A stretch of 64,000 nucleotides of DNA from Bacteroidia bacterium (GTDB taxonomy: Bacteria; Bacteroidota; Bacteroidia; UKL13-3), in the NCBI GenBank assembly GCA_046296495.1, contig JBKBLB010000001.1, positions 69,740-133,739 of the forward strand. Reading direction: 5' to 3'. A program made the position numbers and the translations under genes. Under the pieces are notes generated by a model. The model saw only the letters and a program-made list of their open reading frames with translations, did no database searches and had not been told where the DNA came from. Below, one piece after another: positions 1 to 9,904 of this stretch (position 1 is the stretch's first letter; each line of letters starts with the position of its first letter).

Positions 1-2
1 AT

Positions 3-944
3 AAAGTATCTACATCAAGATTGTTTTTTGATATGGGCTCTGGTGAATCATTCGTTAGAATTTCAAATTATCAGGTAGATGGTAATGGCAATTACACCAA
101 AGTTACAGGAGTTGATTCTGTAAATGGAATGGCTATTGGTTTTGTAGATTCTTTAATTTACAATTCTAGCAATAAATTAATTGAAAGAATTTTCTCAAGA
201 ATTTTTATGGGAATGTCTGCTCCTGAAAGCAGATATGTTTACACTTATAATTCAGGAGGAAAGCCTATTCAGGTAATACATTACAGTTATTCATCAGGAT
301 GGGAAGAAGAAGACAGAACTACATTAACGTATAACAGTGGAGGAAACGTAGAGAGTATAAAAGAAGAAAGCTATGATAATAGTAGCAACACATGGGAAAA
401 CTCTGAACTTGACTCTTTTTACTACAGTGGAAATAACATGATAACATATGTAGAATATGAATATGATGGAACTAACTGGGAAGCAGTTAATAGAAATTCA
501 TACAGTTATAATTCAAGCAATCAACTAGTAGAAATGATAAATTATGATTTTGATGGAACTAATTGGTTAAATGATAAAAAAGGTGAAATTATTTACGAGA
601 ACAACAAGCCAAAAGAACTTAGAATGTACAATTGGCTAGGTAGCAGTTGGGAAACAACACACAGAGAGAGAATTATGTTCTCAAGCCCTGTTATGGGTAT
701 TAAAAGATTGGCACAATCAAATGAGGTTTCTGTATATCCAAACCCTGCAAAAAGTAATATATATGTAAATATTCCTGAAAGCAAAAATGCACAATTCGAA
801 ATTTTTGATATTAATGGGGCTTCAGTTTTAAATGGAAAAATGAATAGCAACGAAATAAATATTAACGGATTGAATGCCGGAATTTATTTTGTAGTTGTTA
901 ACAGCAACAATGCTGTTTATAAAACCAGATTTGTGAAAGAGTAA
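3..944 (+). CDS. T9SS type A sorting domain protein with YD-like/DUF3836-like beta-hairpin repeats (5' partial)
   Basis: Frame is open from position 3 with no upstream stop. Repeated YxYNSxG...W units; C-terminal CTD SVYPNPA...IFDING...GIYFV...KTRFVKE. Confidence 0.8.
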   Translation, partial: KVSTSRLFFDMGSGESFVRISNYQVDGNGNYTKVTGVDSVNGMAIGFVDSLIYNSSNKLIERIFSRIFMGMSAPESRYVYTYNSGGKPIQVIHYSYSSGWEEEDRTTLTYNSGGNVESIKEESYDNSSNTWENSELDSFYYSGNNMITYVEYEYDGTNWEAVNRNSYSYNSSNQLVEMINYDFDGTNWLNDKKGEIIYENNKPKELRMYNWLGSSWETTHRERIMFSSPVMGIKRLAQSNEVSVYPNPAKSNIYVNIPESKNAQFEIFDINGASVLNGKMNSNEININGLNAGIYFVVVNSNNAVYKTRFVKE

Positions 945-969
945 GTTTGTGTTTTCATAATTTAAGTTT

Positions 970-1000
970 TAACCCGGATAAACCAAGTTTATTCGGGTTA
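970..1000. terminator. Hairpin between convergent genes, probable bidirectional terminator
   Basis: TAACCCGGATAAAC-caa-GTTTATTCGGGTTA, a 14-bp stem with one G-U pair, overlapping the ppk1 stop codon. Confidence 0.7.
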
Positions 1001-3097
1001 TTCTTTATTTAAGGCACTATGATAAAGTTGTTTTAAGTATTGATAAGTATTTAGCTGGGTTCTAACTTTTACTTTGCCGGCAGTTTTGTTTATTATATTA
1101 TCATGGTAGCCGTCAATTAATCTTGCGCTTGCATTATCGGCCAACTGAATATTTATGATATTAATAATTTTCTTTTTTATTGTTTCGTCAATAATCGGAA
1201 AAGCAATTTCAATGCGGTTTTCAAGGTTTCTGGTCATCCAATCAGCACTTGCCAAATAAACTTTTTCGTTATTGTTGTTGCAAAAAATATAGCAACGGGT
1301 ATGCTCCAAAAACCTGTCAATTATGCTTATTATTTTTATATTACTGCTTAGGTTTGCAATACCAGGTACCAAACAACAAATACCCCTAACTATTAAATTT
1401 ATTTTTACTCCTGCATTGCTGGCTGCATATAATGCTTTTATTACATCAACATCTACCAAAGAATTCATTTTTGCAATAATGTAAGCAGGTTTACCTTCGC
1501 GTGCATTTATGGCCTCGTTGTTTATTAAAGACAAAAATTGTTTCTTCATAAACTCAGGTGCAACCAGCAACTCTTTAAATCCGGTTCTTCTAAGGTTATT
1601 AAATAAAATATCGCTAACCAACATTAAATCGCGTGTTATATGTATGTTTTTTGTAAACAAGCATATATCGCTATATATTCTAGCAGTAACTCCATTGTAG
1701 TTACCTGTAGATAAGTGAGCATAATAACTTTTTACTTCGTTTACGTTGCGTTCAATTAAGCAAAATTTACAATGTACTTTTTGCCCCGGTTTTCCAAAAA
1801 ATACCATTGCTCCGGCTTCCTGTAATTGTGTAGTCCAGTATATATTACTTTCCTCATCAAAACGAGCTTGAAGCTCCATTAATACAATTACTTTTTTGCC
1901 GTTTTTAACAGCATTAATTAATGCATTTACCACATTACTGTGTTTGGCTACGCGGTATAATGTAATTCTAATGGTTGTTACCGATGGGTCAATAGCTGCT
2001 TCGCGCAACATTCTAATTAAGTAATCAAAACTTTGATAAGGATGATGAATCATGATATCTCCTTTATCAATGGCATCAAAAACGGTTCTTTCTTTTTCTA
2101 TCCGGTAAACCGGAATTTGTGGAAGCGATTCGTAATAATCATCAGATTTTCCAATCTTCGGAAAATCCATAAAATCTTTAAAATTGTGGTATCTGCCACC
2201 GGGAATTAAATTTACATTTTTCAGTTCAAGTTTTTTTACAAGCAAATCGAGCATATCTTTAGGCATTGCTTCATCATATACAAAGCGTGTTGGTGTACCT
2301 CTCGATCGTTGTTTTATGCTTTTTTGAATTTTACTTAACAATGTTGCCTGATATCCGGTATCATCATCTTTGCTTATATCAAACTCAGCATCGCGTGTAA
2401 TTTTTATTATATAGGCTTCAAACTTATCATAATCAAAAATGCTGAATATGCTGCTTAAATTTAACCTTATTATGTCTTCAAGCATTAAAATATTTGTTGT
2501 ACCATCATCTTCTTTTAGCAAATAAAAGCGGCTAATTACGGCTGTGGGTACTTCTATTAGTGCATGTTGCGGCTGAACCAAATTTTTACTGTGGCTCATT
2601 TTAATAGCCAAATAAATGCTGCGATCTTTTAAATGCGGCACATGTAACAACCTGTCTATTATAACCGGAAACAAGTGGGGGAGAACCTGTTGTTTAAAAT
2701 ATATTTTAATATCTTCTTCTTGTCTGTTGTTAACCTGTTTTTCGTTTATAAAAAAAATTTTTCTATTTTCTAAGGCAGGTATTATTTGTTTATTATAAAC
2801 ATCGGTAAACCTGTTTTGCAGGTTAACAACAATACGTTGAATTTCTGCTAATATCTCATCTGGAGAATACTGGTAAGGGCTAATAGCTTTTTTACCGTTT
2901 ATTTTCTGTAATCTTCTAAGCTGTGCTACCCTTACCCTAAAAAACTCATCAAGATTTGAAGAGAAAATTGCCAAGAATTTTATTCGCTCCATTAATGGGG
3001 TTTCAGCATTTTCTGCCTCTTGCAGCACACGTTCGTTAAATCTAAGCCAGCTAACCTCCCTGTCTAAGAACAAAAAACCTTTATTGTCTTTTATCAT
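998..3097 (-). CDS. ppk1: Polyphosphate kinase 1
   Basis: Motifs REVSWLRFNERVL, SSNLDEFFRVRVA, HHPYQSF, ELQARFDEESN, DRFLEHTR and ASADWMTRNL. Confidence 0.97.
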   Translation of the reverse strand: MIKDNKGFLFLDREVSWLRFNERVLQEAENAETPLMERIKFLAIFSSNLDEFFRVRVAQLRRLQKINGKKAISPYQYSPDEILAEIQRIVVNLQNRFTDVYNKQIIPALENRKIFFINEKQVNNRQEEDIKIYFKQQVLPHLFPVIIDRLLHVPHLKDRSIYLAIKMSHSKNLVQPQHALIEVPTAVISRFYLLKEDDGTTNILMLEDIIRLNLSSIFSIFDYDKFEAYIIKITRDAEFDISKDDDTGYQATLLSKIQKSIKQRSRGTPTRFVYDEAMPKDMLDLLVKKLELKNVNLIPGGRYHNFKDFMDFPKIGKSDDYYESLPQIPVYRIEKERTVFDAIDKGDIMIHHPYQSFDYLIRMLREAAIDPSVTTIRITLYRVAKHSNVVNALINAVKNGKKVIVLMELQARFDEESNIYWTTQLQEAGAMVFFGKPGQKVHCKFCLIERNVNEVKSYYAHLSTGNYNGVTARIYSDICLFTKNIHITRDLMLVSDILFNNLRRTGFKELLVAPEFMKKQFLSLINNEAINAREGKPAYIIAKMNSLVDVDVIKALYAASNAGVKINLIVRGICCLVPGIANLSSNIKIISIIDRFLEHTRCYIFCNNNNEKVYLASADWMTRNLENRIEIAFPIIDETIKKKIINIINIQLADNASARLIDGYHDNIINKTAGKVKVRTQLNTYQYLKQLYHSALNKE

Positions 3098-3237
3098 CCT
3101 TATTTTTTCGTGGCAAAATAATTATTGTTTCTTACTAAATTGTAAAGCCATACCCATTGGTTTTGTGAATAAAAACAATATATAGACAATAAAGACGAAT
3201 TAAAATAAGATTAAATAGTTTTCATTTTTAGTTAAAG

Positions 3238-3735
3238 CTATTCCAATTCAATTAGCACTGCATTTTTTTCAACAGGTTGTTTTACATTTACATTTACTTT
3301 TTTAACTATTGCATCTGCATCAGCTTTTATAATATTTTCCATTTTCATGGCTTCTAGTACAAGCAATGCATCTCCTTTTTTAACCAAATCACCTTCACTT
3401 ACCAAAACCCTTAATACCAAACCCGGCATTGGCGATTTTATGGTGTTGCTTTTCTTTCCCATCATTTTATCCATACCTAGTTGTTTAAGCAATTCATCGT
3501 ATTTATCTTTAATGCCAACAATTTGCTTTTTTCCATTTACCATTATTTTTAAATTTTTACCGGTATCATCTTTTTCAAGCAATTCAATGGTGTACGATGC
3601 ATTGTTTAAAATCACGTGATATTTATCTTTATCAATCTTTGCAACATCAGCATTTACAACATTTCCGTCAATGGTAATGGTGCCTTGTTTTGGTTCAAAC
3701 AAAAGTGTTTTGTTATTAATATGTATTTGCAGCAT
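3238..3735 (-). CDS. Biotin carboxyl carrier protein (acyl-CoA carboxylase biotinylated subunit)
   Basis: Biotinylation motif SPMPG...LEAMKMEN. Confidence 0.9.
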   Translation of the reverse strand: MLQIHINNKTLLFEPKQGTITIDGNVVNADVAKIDKDKYHVILNNASYTIELLEKDDTGKNLKIMVNGKKQIVGIKDKYDELLKQLGMDKMMGKKSNTIKSPMPGLVLRVLVSEGDLVKKGDALLVLEAMKMENIIKADADAIVKKVNVNVKQPVEKNAVLIELE

Positions 3736-3765
3736 TGTTTTTAATTTTTGTTTATTGCAGCCCTC

Positions 3766-6297
3766 ATGAAAATTACCAATAATTTAATAAAGGCAGTTGC
3801 AATTATTATGTTTTTTTCGGCCTGCAATGTAAATAAAAAGCCTCAAAGCCAAAAAGTTCAAAATACGGTAAACCTTAATGAAATTGTGGTAGAAGCCAAA
3901 CAAAACAATGCGCCTTACCAACCTGCTTCAACACAAACAACCGATTTATTTCATACAAAACTTAATTTATCTTTTAATTGGAAAGAGCAACTTGTTTATG
4001 GCAAAGCCACCTTAACCATAAAACCATATATGTTTAAAAAACTTAATCAGGTTTTTTTTGATGCCAATACTTTCATCATTCACAGAGTTGGGTTAATATC
4101 CGGTAAAGACACCATAAACCTAAATTATAGCTACAATTCACCGGTTTTGCAAATTTTTTTCAACCAAACTTATACTGATAAAGATACTTTAAATATTTAC
4201 ATACATTATACGGCTCAGCCAGAAAAAATTGCCAATAAAGGTGGAAGAGCAATAAGCGACAGCAAAGGTTTATATTTTATTAATCATTTAGGTACTGACC
4301 AAAATAAACCCATGCAAATATGGACGCAGGGTGAAACACAATTTAACAGTGGTTGGTTTCCAACCATTGACAGGCCAAATGAAAAGCATACGCAAGAAAT
4401 AGCCATTACTGTTGAAGATAAATTTATAACCCTAAGCAATGGAGAACTAATATTTAGTAATTACAACAAAGACGGCACCCGCACCGATTACTGGAAACAA
4501 ACCAAACCACATGCACCTTACCTTACCATGATAGCAGTTGGCGAATTTGCTGTAATAAAAGATAAATGGCGTAATACCATGGAAGTAAATTATTATGTTG
4601 AACCGAAATATAAACCTTATGCAAAATTAATATTTGGCAATACCCCCGAAATGATTGAGTTTTTTAGTAATAGAACCGGAGTAGATTATCCTTGGGATAA
4701 ATACAGCCAGGTTGTAGTAAGAGATTTTGTTAGTGGTGCTATGGAAAATACAAGTGCGGTTGTACATTACGAAGGAGTTGCACATACCGATAGAGAACAT
4801 GAAGATTATGATTCGGATGATATTATAGCACATGAATTGTTTCATCATTGGTTTGGCGATTTGGTTACCTGCAAAAGTTGGAGTAACCTGCCTTTAAACG
4901 AAAGTTTTGCTACCTATGGCGAATATTTGTGGCACGAATACAAATACGGTAAAAACCATGCCGATTTTGAGTTTACCAATAATTTAGAAGCATACTTAAG
5001 AACAAAAAATAAATACAACGTTACTCCCATTAGGCACCATTACCACAACGAAGTTGAATTGTTTGATGTGGTAAGCTACCAAAAAGGCAGCCGGATTTTA
5101 CATTTGCTTAGAAACCAAATTGGCGATGATGCTTTTTTTAAAGGAATGCAAATTTACTTAACTAAAAATAAATTCGGCACTGCCGATATTCATCACTTGC
5201 GCCATGCTATGGAAGAAGCAAGCGGAACAGATTTGCTATTATTTTTTAATCAATGGTTTTTGCAGGTCGGCCACCCGGTTATTAATGTAAACTACACTTA
5301 TGCTAATAATAAATTGCAAATAATAGTTAAGCAAAAGCCAACTGATTCAATAGCAACACCATATCAAATAAAAACATTGGTTGAATATGGCTATAATAAA
5401 AATGATATCATACAAACAATTACAAAAGAAGTAAACCTTAAAAATTTCATTGATACATTTATTTTCGATATTCAACCCGACCCACTTTGGTTTGTTTTTG
5501 ATGCACAGGCCGTAATGCCTGCACAAATATTTGAAAATAAACCTGAAAATTTTTGGCTCAACCAACTAATTTATGCTACAAACCATGCAATTAAAAAACG
5601 AGTAAAAAAACAGTTTTTAAATTTTAAAGATTCATTAAATATTTCAAATGCCATTAATTATTGTCTTACTCATAACCAACATTACATAAACGAAATGGGT
5701 TATGAAATGCTTTTCCAACATCAAAACTTAATACCCATATTTTTAAATATCATCGAACAACATGCCATATCTCATAAAAAATCGAGTTGTAGGGCCTATG
5801 CATTAAATGCAATTGCTTATTTAAACGATATAAAGTTTAAAAATTTGTTTGAAAAATCAATTAATGATAAATCTTACAATGTTGTTTCTACGGCTCTTTT
5901 TAATTTACTAATGTTTGATACCATTGCAACATTAAATTATGCAATAACATTTGAAAATGATGAAAATGCTGCAATTAGTTTAACACTTGCTGAATTGTAC
6001 ACCGATTTAGCTGTTGAAAACAAAAACAGTTATTTTATAACAAATTTAGGAAAACATGGCTTGTACAGAAATATGTTTATAGATAAATACATAGGTTATT
6101 TGCTAACTCAAGATTTAAAGACCATTGAAACCGGTATTGATGCTTTATTAAATTACAAACAAACATGCAGCGATAAAAATATAAGTTTCTATGCCGATAA
6201 ATGGGCTAATAAGTTAAAACAGGGAATTGAAAAAGATTTAAAAGAAAACGACAGTATTTCAGAAAAACTTTTGCAGTTAATGAATAAGGCTGATTAG
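3766..6297 (+). CDS. M1 family aminopeptidase, lipoprotein, with C-terminal HEAT-like region
   Basis: GAMEN exopeptidase motif, HELFH-x18-E zinc motif and YQKG. ATG at 3766 gives a lipoprotein signal ending FSAC. Confidence 0.92.
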   Translation: MKITNNLIKAVAIIMFFSACNVNKKPQSQKVQNTVNLNEIVVEAKQNNAPYQPASTQTTDLFHTKLNLSFNWKEQLVYGKATLTIKPYMFKKLNQVFFDANTFIIHRVGLISGKDTINLNYSYNSPVLQIFFNQTYTDKDTLNIYIHYTAQPEKIANKGGRAISDSKGLYFINHLGTDQNKPMQIWTQGETQFNSGWFPTIDRPNEKHTQEIAITVEDKFITLSNGELIFSNYNKDGTRTDYWKQTKPHAPYLTMIAVGEFAVIKDKWRNTMEVNYYVEPKYKPYAKLIFGNTPEMIEFFSNRTGVDYPWDKYSQVVVRDFVSGAMENTSAVVHYEGVAHTDREHEDYDSDDIIAHELFHHWFGDLVTCKSWSNLPLNESFATYGEYLWHEYKYGKNHADFEFTNNLEAYLRTKNKYNVTPIRHHYHNEVELFDVVSYQKGSRILHLLRNQIGDDAFFKGMQIYLTKNKFGTADIHHLRHAMEEASGTDLLLFFNQWFLQVGHPVINVNYTYANNKLQIIVKQKPTDSIATPYQIKTLVEYGYNKNDIIQTITKEVNLKNFIDTFIFDIQPDPLWFVFDAQAVMPAQIFENKPENFWLNQLIYATNHAIKKRVKKQFLNFKDSLNISNAINYCLTHNQHYINEMGYEMLFQHQNLIPIFLNIIEQHAISHKKSSCRAYALNAIAYLNDIKFKNLFEKSINDKSYNVVSTALFNLLMFDTIATLNYAITFENDENAAISLTLAELYTDLAVENKNSYFITNLGKHGLYRNMFIDKYIGYLLTQDLKTIETGIDALLNYKQTCSDKNISFYADKWANKLKQGIEKDLKENDSISEKLLQLMNKAD

Positions 6298-6314
6298 ATC
6301 TTCCACTGTAAAAT

Positions 6315-6347
6315 AAAAAAACCGCCATACTAAGATGGCGGCCTTTT
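6315..6347. terminator. Bidirectional intrinsic terminator
   Basis: A-run, CCGCCAT-actaag-ATGGCGG stem and T-run between convergent genes. Confidence 0.75.
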
Positions 6348-6381
6348 ACAAACTATAAACTATGAGAAAACTACTTTTTAT

Positions 6382-6801
6382 TTATTGAACGCTAACTTGT
6401 TTTTTAGCCGGAGTTTCTTTTTGTTTTTTGTTAATGGTTAAATGTAAAACGCCATTATCGTATTTGGCTCCAATATTATCGGCATCGGCATTTTCGGGCA
6501 GTGTAAACGAATTTGAGAATGAACGTGAACTAAACTCTTTACGGGTATAATTTTTATTTTTTTCTTCGTTTTCTTTTTCGGTTTTTCCGCTAATAGTTAA
6601 AATCCCGTTTTCAACATGCACTTCAAAATTTTCTTTTTTTAATCCCGGAGCTGCAACTTCAATTTCGTAATTGTTTTCATTATCAATTACGTTAATGGCT
6701 GGCGACCAATTTTCATTCGAAAATTTTGTTGTGAACCAATCATCGCCAAAAAAATCACTAAGGTTAGGAAATGATGGAAATGTACGTTTAATGAGTGCCA
6801 T
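6382..6801 (-). CDS. Hsp20/alpha-crystallin small heat shock protein
   Basis: Motifs PAINV, APGLKKENF, FSRSFSNSFTLP-like and AKYDNGVLHL. Confidence 0.95.
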   Translation of the reverse strand: MALIKRTFPSFPNLSDFFGDDWFTTKFSNENWSPAINVIDNENNYEIEVAAPGLKKENFEVHVENGILTISGKTEKENEEKNKNYTRKEFSSRSFSNSFTLPENADADNIGAKYDNGVLHLTINKKQKETPAKKQVSVQ

Positions 6802-6840
6802 AAATTTTAGTATTTTGGGTTAAACATTAATTTTACGATG

Positions 6841-6848
6841 CAAAAATA
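6841..6848 (-). promoter_or_regulatory. Bacteroidota -7 promoter element for hsp20
   Basis: TATTTTTG on the minus strand matches TAnnTTTG, 40 bp upstream of the ATG. Confidence 0.5.
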
Positions 6849-7119
6849 TTGGCATAAATTTTAATAAAAATGATAAAAGTCAGTATTCAATATGATTGTT
6901 ATCAGTTTTTTGAGTATTGATTAACGGTTAGTTTTTTAAAAATTTAGTATGTGATATAAATTGTTTATATTAATTTTAACCTTTAATATCTAACTATAAA
7001 TTCATCACAAACTATTTATTATTGCCATTACCAATGATTTTAATTAAAAAATTATATAAATTTAATTTGCTATTTTGTTTTACATGTTTTATTTTCGATT
7101 TGTCTAAAATTTTAAAAAT

Positions 7120-7817
7120 ATGAAAAATTTAAGTAACACGCAGCAGCAACACGCAGCAGCAACACGCGCAAATTTTTAAAAACCATTTTTAGCATTTGGT
7201 TGCTAATTGCAGCCAATATTGCTTTTTCACAAGGAGATGGACCAAATATTCCAGGTGATCCAAATCGGCCGGAAGGATGTTATTATTTAGGAACGGAAGC
7301 AGGTAGAGCAGGTTATGTTGACAAATGTGTTGGTTGTACCCAAACCGAAATTATGCAACAAATGCAACCTCCAACTTTATGTGAAGATGTATTACAAGCA
7401 AAAAGTCAATATGGTTGTTGTCCGATTTGTTGGATTGTAATTGATCCGGTTAACTTTAAAATTATGATTAATTATTTAAGAGATTTATATTGGGGAAGAG
7501 GTTGGCAGCCAGCAGGAGACAATACCGGTTTAGCAATGCTTTTAGCCGCAGTAGATACCACTGAAGGTGCTGAACAATGGGGTATATATATTCCAAAAAC
7601 CAATCAATTTATAATTAGCAATACAGCACCTCAAAAAGTGCCAACATACGATACAGGAACTGGTATTTTTTCCGGTTATACTTTGTATTCAGATCCAAAT
7701 AGTCAAAGAGTTGATTTTAATGATTTGGAATTAACAAATTTGATTAGAAACTGGTTACAAATTCCAATTAATCCTTGTAGTTTGTTATATAACATACCAT
7801 ATATTGGTGGCAATTAA
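7120..7817 (+). CDS. Cys-rich secreted orphan protein, currently frameshifted by a 13-bp repeat in its signal peptide (candidate phase-variable gene)
   Basis: ATG at 7120 ends at TAA after 19 codons. The long ORF frame has a TAA at 7134 and no ATG before the signal-peptide core. Removing 2 repeat units or adding 1 fuses the two into MKNLSNT...RKFLKTIFSIWLLIAANIAFS-Q. Confidence 0.7.
7135..7167 (+). repeat. 13-bp tandem repeat (AACACGCAGCAGC) x2 plus partial AACACGC
   Basis: Exact copies at 7135-7147 and 7148-7160, partial copy at 7161-7167. Confidence 0.97.
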
Positions 7818-7832
7818 ATAAAGTTAAATTTT

Positions 7833-8783
7833 ATGAAGTTACTAACTTATAAAGCAGTTTTTATTATATTAATAATATTTAAAATAGGGTTGTTGCAAGC
7901 ACAACCATACTTTAGATTTAGTATGGATACATTAACTTACAAAGAAATTGATCCTAGCTTTGGCGTTTTTAAAGATGAATTTTGGAACACACAAACTGGC
8001 CAATCCAGAATGTTGCCATTGCCATTTACATTTAATTTTTTTGGAGTTAATTATACTTCTACCTGGATAAGTAAGGCCGGAGGAATTACATTCTTTCACC
8101 CACAAAGTTTTTTGGCAAATAGAATATATTTTTTTAATACCTATTACACCGAAAAAAGCAAAAAAGCGCCTTTTGTATCGAGCATAACTGTTAATACAAT
8201 TGCCAGTGGTGCCGATAGCATTTTTAAAATACAATACAAAAATGTTGGTTTTGAAAGAAGTAAAGACACCTCAGGTTATGCTAATTTTCAGTTGTGGTTA
8301 TACAAAAATAGCAATGTATTCGAAATTCATTTTGGTGATATAAAGGCAGACAGCACTGCTTGGTTAAATCCATATGGCGCTTATGTAGGCATAGGTAAAG
8401 ACGAGCAGAGTATATTGGTATTGTTGGGTGGGCCTTCGCAAAATCCAAAATGGATGTTGCACAGGGATACGATGCTGCTAAATATTCCAGCTCCAAATAC
8501 GATTTATCGTTTTACCCCAATTTCAACTTCAATTGAAGTGCAAAATAAGATAATGCCAAATATTATTATATATCCGAATCCTGCAATTAATGAGTTTTTA
8601 GTTCAAACAGATTTAAAGTTGAATTTATTAGAAATATATAATTTAAACGGACAGATGGTAAAAAAAATTAATGTATTGATAGATGATAACAAGTTTGATA
8701 TTTCAGAGCTTAAAAAAGGTATATATCTTATTAAAATTTATACAATAAATGGTAACTATTATAAGAAGCTGGTTGTTGACTAA
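7833..8783 (+). CDS. T9SS type A sorting domain protein with NIDO-like N-terminal domain
   Basis: Signal peptide ending AQ; LPFTFNFFG..Y..WIS..G and NFQLWLY..SNVFEIHFG; CTD IYPNPA...IYNLNGQ...GIYLIKI...KKLVVD. Confidence 0.8.
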   Translation: MKLLTYKAVFIILIIFKIGLLQAQPYFRFSMDTLTYKEIDPSFGVFKDEFWNTQTGQSRMLPLPFTFNFFGVNYTSTWISKAGGITFFHPQSFLANRIYFFNTYYTEKSKKAPFVSSITVNTIASGADSIFKIQYKNVGFERSKDTSGYANFQLWLYKNSNVFEIHFGDIKADSTAWLNPYGAYVGIGKDEQSILVLLGGPSQNPKWMLHRDTMLLNIPAPNTIYRFTPISTSIEVQNKIMPNIIIYPNPAINEFLVQTDLKLNLLEIYNLNGQMVKKINVLIDDNKFDISELKKGIYLIKIYTINGNYYKKLVVD

Positions 8784-9048
8784 ATATGTTAATATAGCGA
8801 ATTTTAAATAAAGAAACTCTAATGAAATCAATGGAGTTAGATGAAAATGTAAAATACTTTTTAAAATATCCCTAATAAATAAATTTGTATAAAAGTATCA
8901 ACGATGCTAGCATAAATTAATAAGTGCATGGATATTGTAATTTCATTTAAATGCCTAACAAACCAACAGGTAAAAACTTTTAAATAAATGTGAATTAGTT
9001 GAAAACATTGATTTGAAATTTTGTGATTGATTATTACTTTCGCAAACC

Positions 9049-9561
9049 ATGAATTTAAAAACTACAACAATTTTTGCATTAATATTAGCAGGAGCATTAT
9101 TAAGACTTATTCCTCATGCGCCTAATTTTTCTCCTATTGCTGCCATTGCATTATTTGGTGGGGCTTATATTTCAAATAAATGGCTTAAAATGGTTTTGCC
9201 TGTTGCAGCACTTTTAATAAGCGATTTATTTTTAGGTTTCTATGGTTGGGGAATGATTAGTGTTTATGGAAGTTTTATGTTAATCATTGCATTGGGTTCA
9301 ACCATGAGCAATAAAGTAACTCCTGTAAAAGTTGGCTTAAATTCAATTGCAGGAAGTGTAATTTTTTATTTAATTACAAATTTTGCCTTTTTGTACCCTG
9401 CTACTTTGTATCCTCATAACTTTACGGGTATTATGCAGTCTTATACTGCTGCATGGCCGTTTTTTCAAAATGCTTTGTTTGGAGATTTGTTTTACAATAC
9501 CGTTTTGTTTGGTGGTTTTTACATTTTAACATCAAACGTTAAAGTTTTACAGAAAGCTTAA
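9049..9561 (+). CDS. DUF6580 family membrane protein (putative ECF S-component-like transporter)
   Basis: RLIPHAPNFSPIAAIALFGGA, FYLITNF and Y..A.PFFQN.L.GDL.Y motifs; several TM helices. Confidence 0.8.
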   Translation: MNLKTTTIFALILAGALLRLIPHAPNFSPIAAIALFGGAYISNKWLKMVLPVAALLISDLFLGFYGWGMISVYGSFMLIIALGSTMSNKVTPVKVGLNSIAGSVIFYLITNFAFLYPATLYPHNFTGIMQSYTAAWPFFQNALFGDLFYNTVLFGGFYILTSNVKVLQKA

Positions 9562-9584
9562 TTCCTGCACACTAAAATTTAAAA

Positions 9585-9893
9585 CTAGTTTTCAAATCTC
9601 TCTTTTCTTAGTACTTCAACGGTGCTTACAAAAGCAACAATGCTGTATTTTTCAAAATACTTTTCGGCAAGTGTTTCCATAATTTTCTCGGCAACTTCAT
9701 TTTTTACAAGCGTGTCAATTCTAATATTTCGCCCTTCCCAATCAGTAAAATGTTTTCCGTTTAGTCCTTCGCCTTCTACTTCTGTTATGGTATAGCCTTT
9801 ACTTCCACAAGCTTTAATATCTTTAATAATTTTTTGCTCCAGTGCATCAAGGGCAATGATGGTTACAAGTTTTACAGGTACTAATTTTATCAT
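9585..9893 (-). CDS. sbtB: SbtB-like P-II family regulator
   Basis: KLVTII, GYTITEVEGEG, NIRIDTLV and VEVLR.ERF; lies directly downstream of sbtA. Confidence 0.8.
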   Translation of the reverse strand: MIKLVPVKLVTIIALDALEQKIIKDIKACGSKGYTITEVEGEGLNGKHFTDWEGRNIRIDTLVKNEVAEKIMETLAEKYFEKYSIVAFVSTVEVLRKERFEN

Positions 9894-9904
9894 TTTTTAA
9901 AATA

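Noticed and set aside
8784-9048. Cobalamin or other riboswitch upstream of the DUF6580 gene
   Set aside because: The region is very AT-rich, and no B12-box or other conserved riboswitch core is visible. An Rfam scan would settle it.
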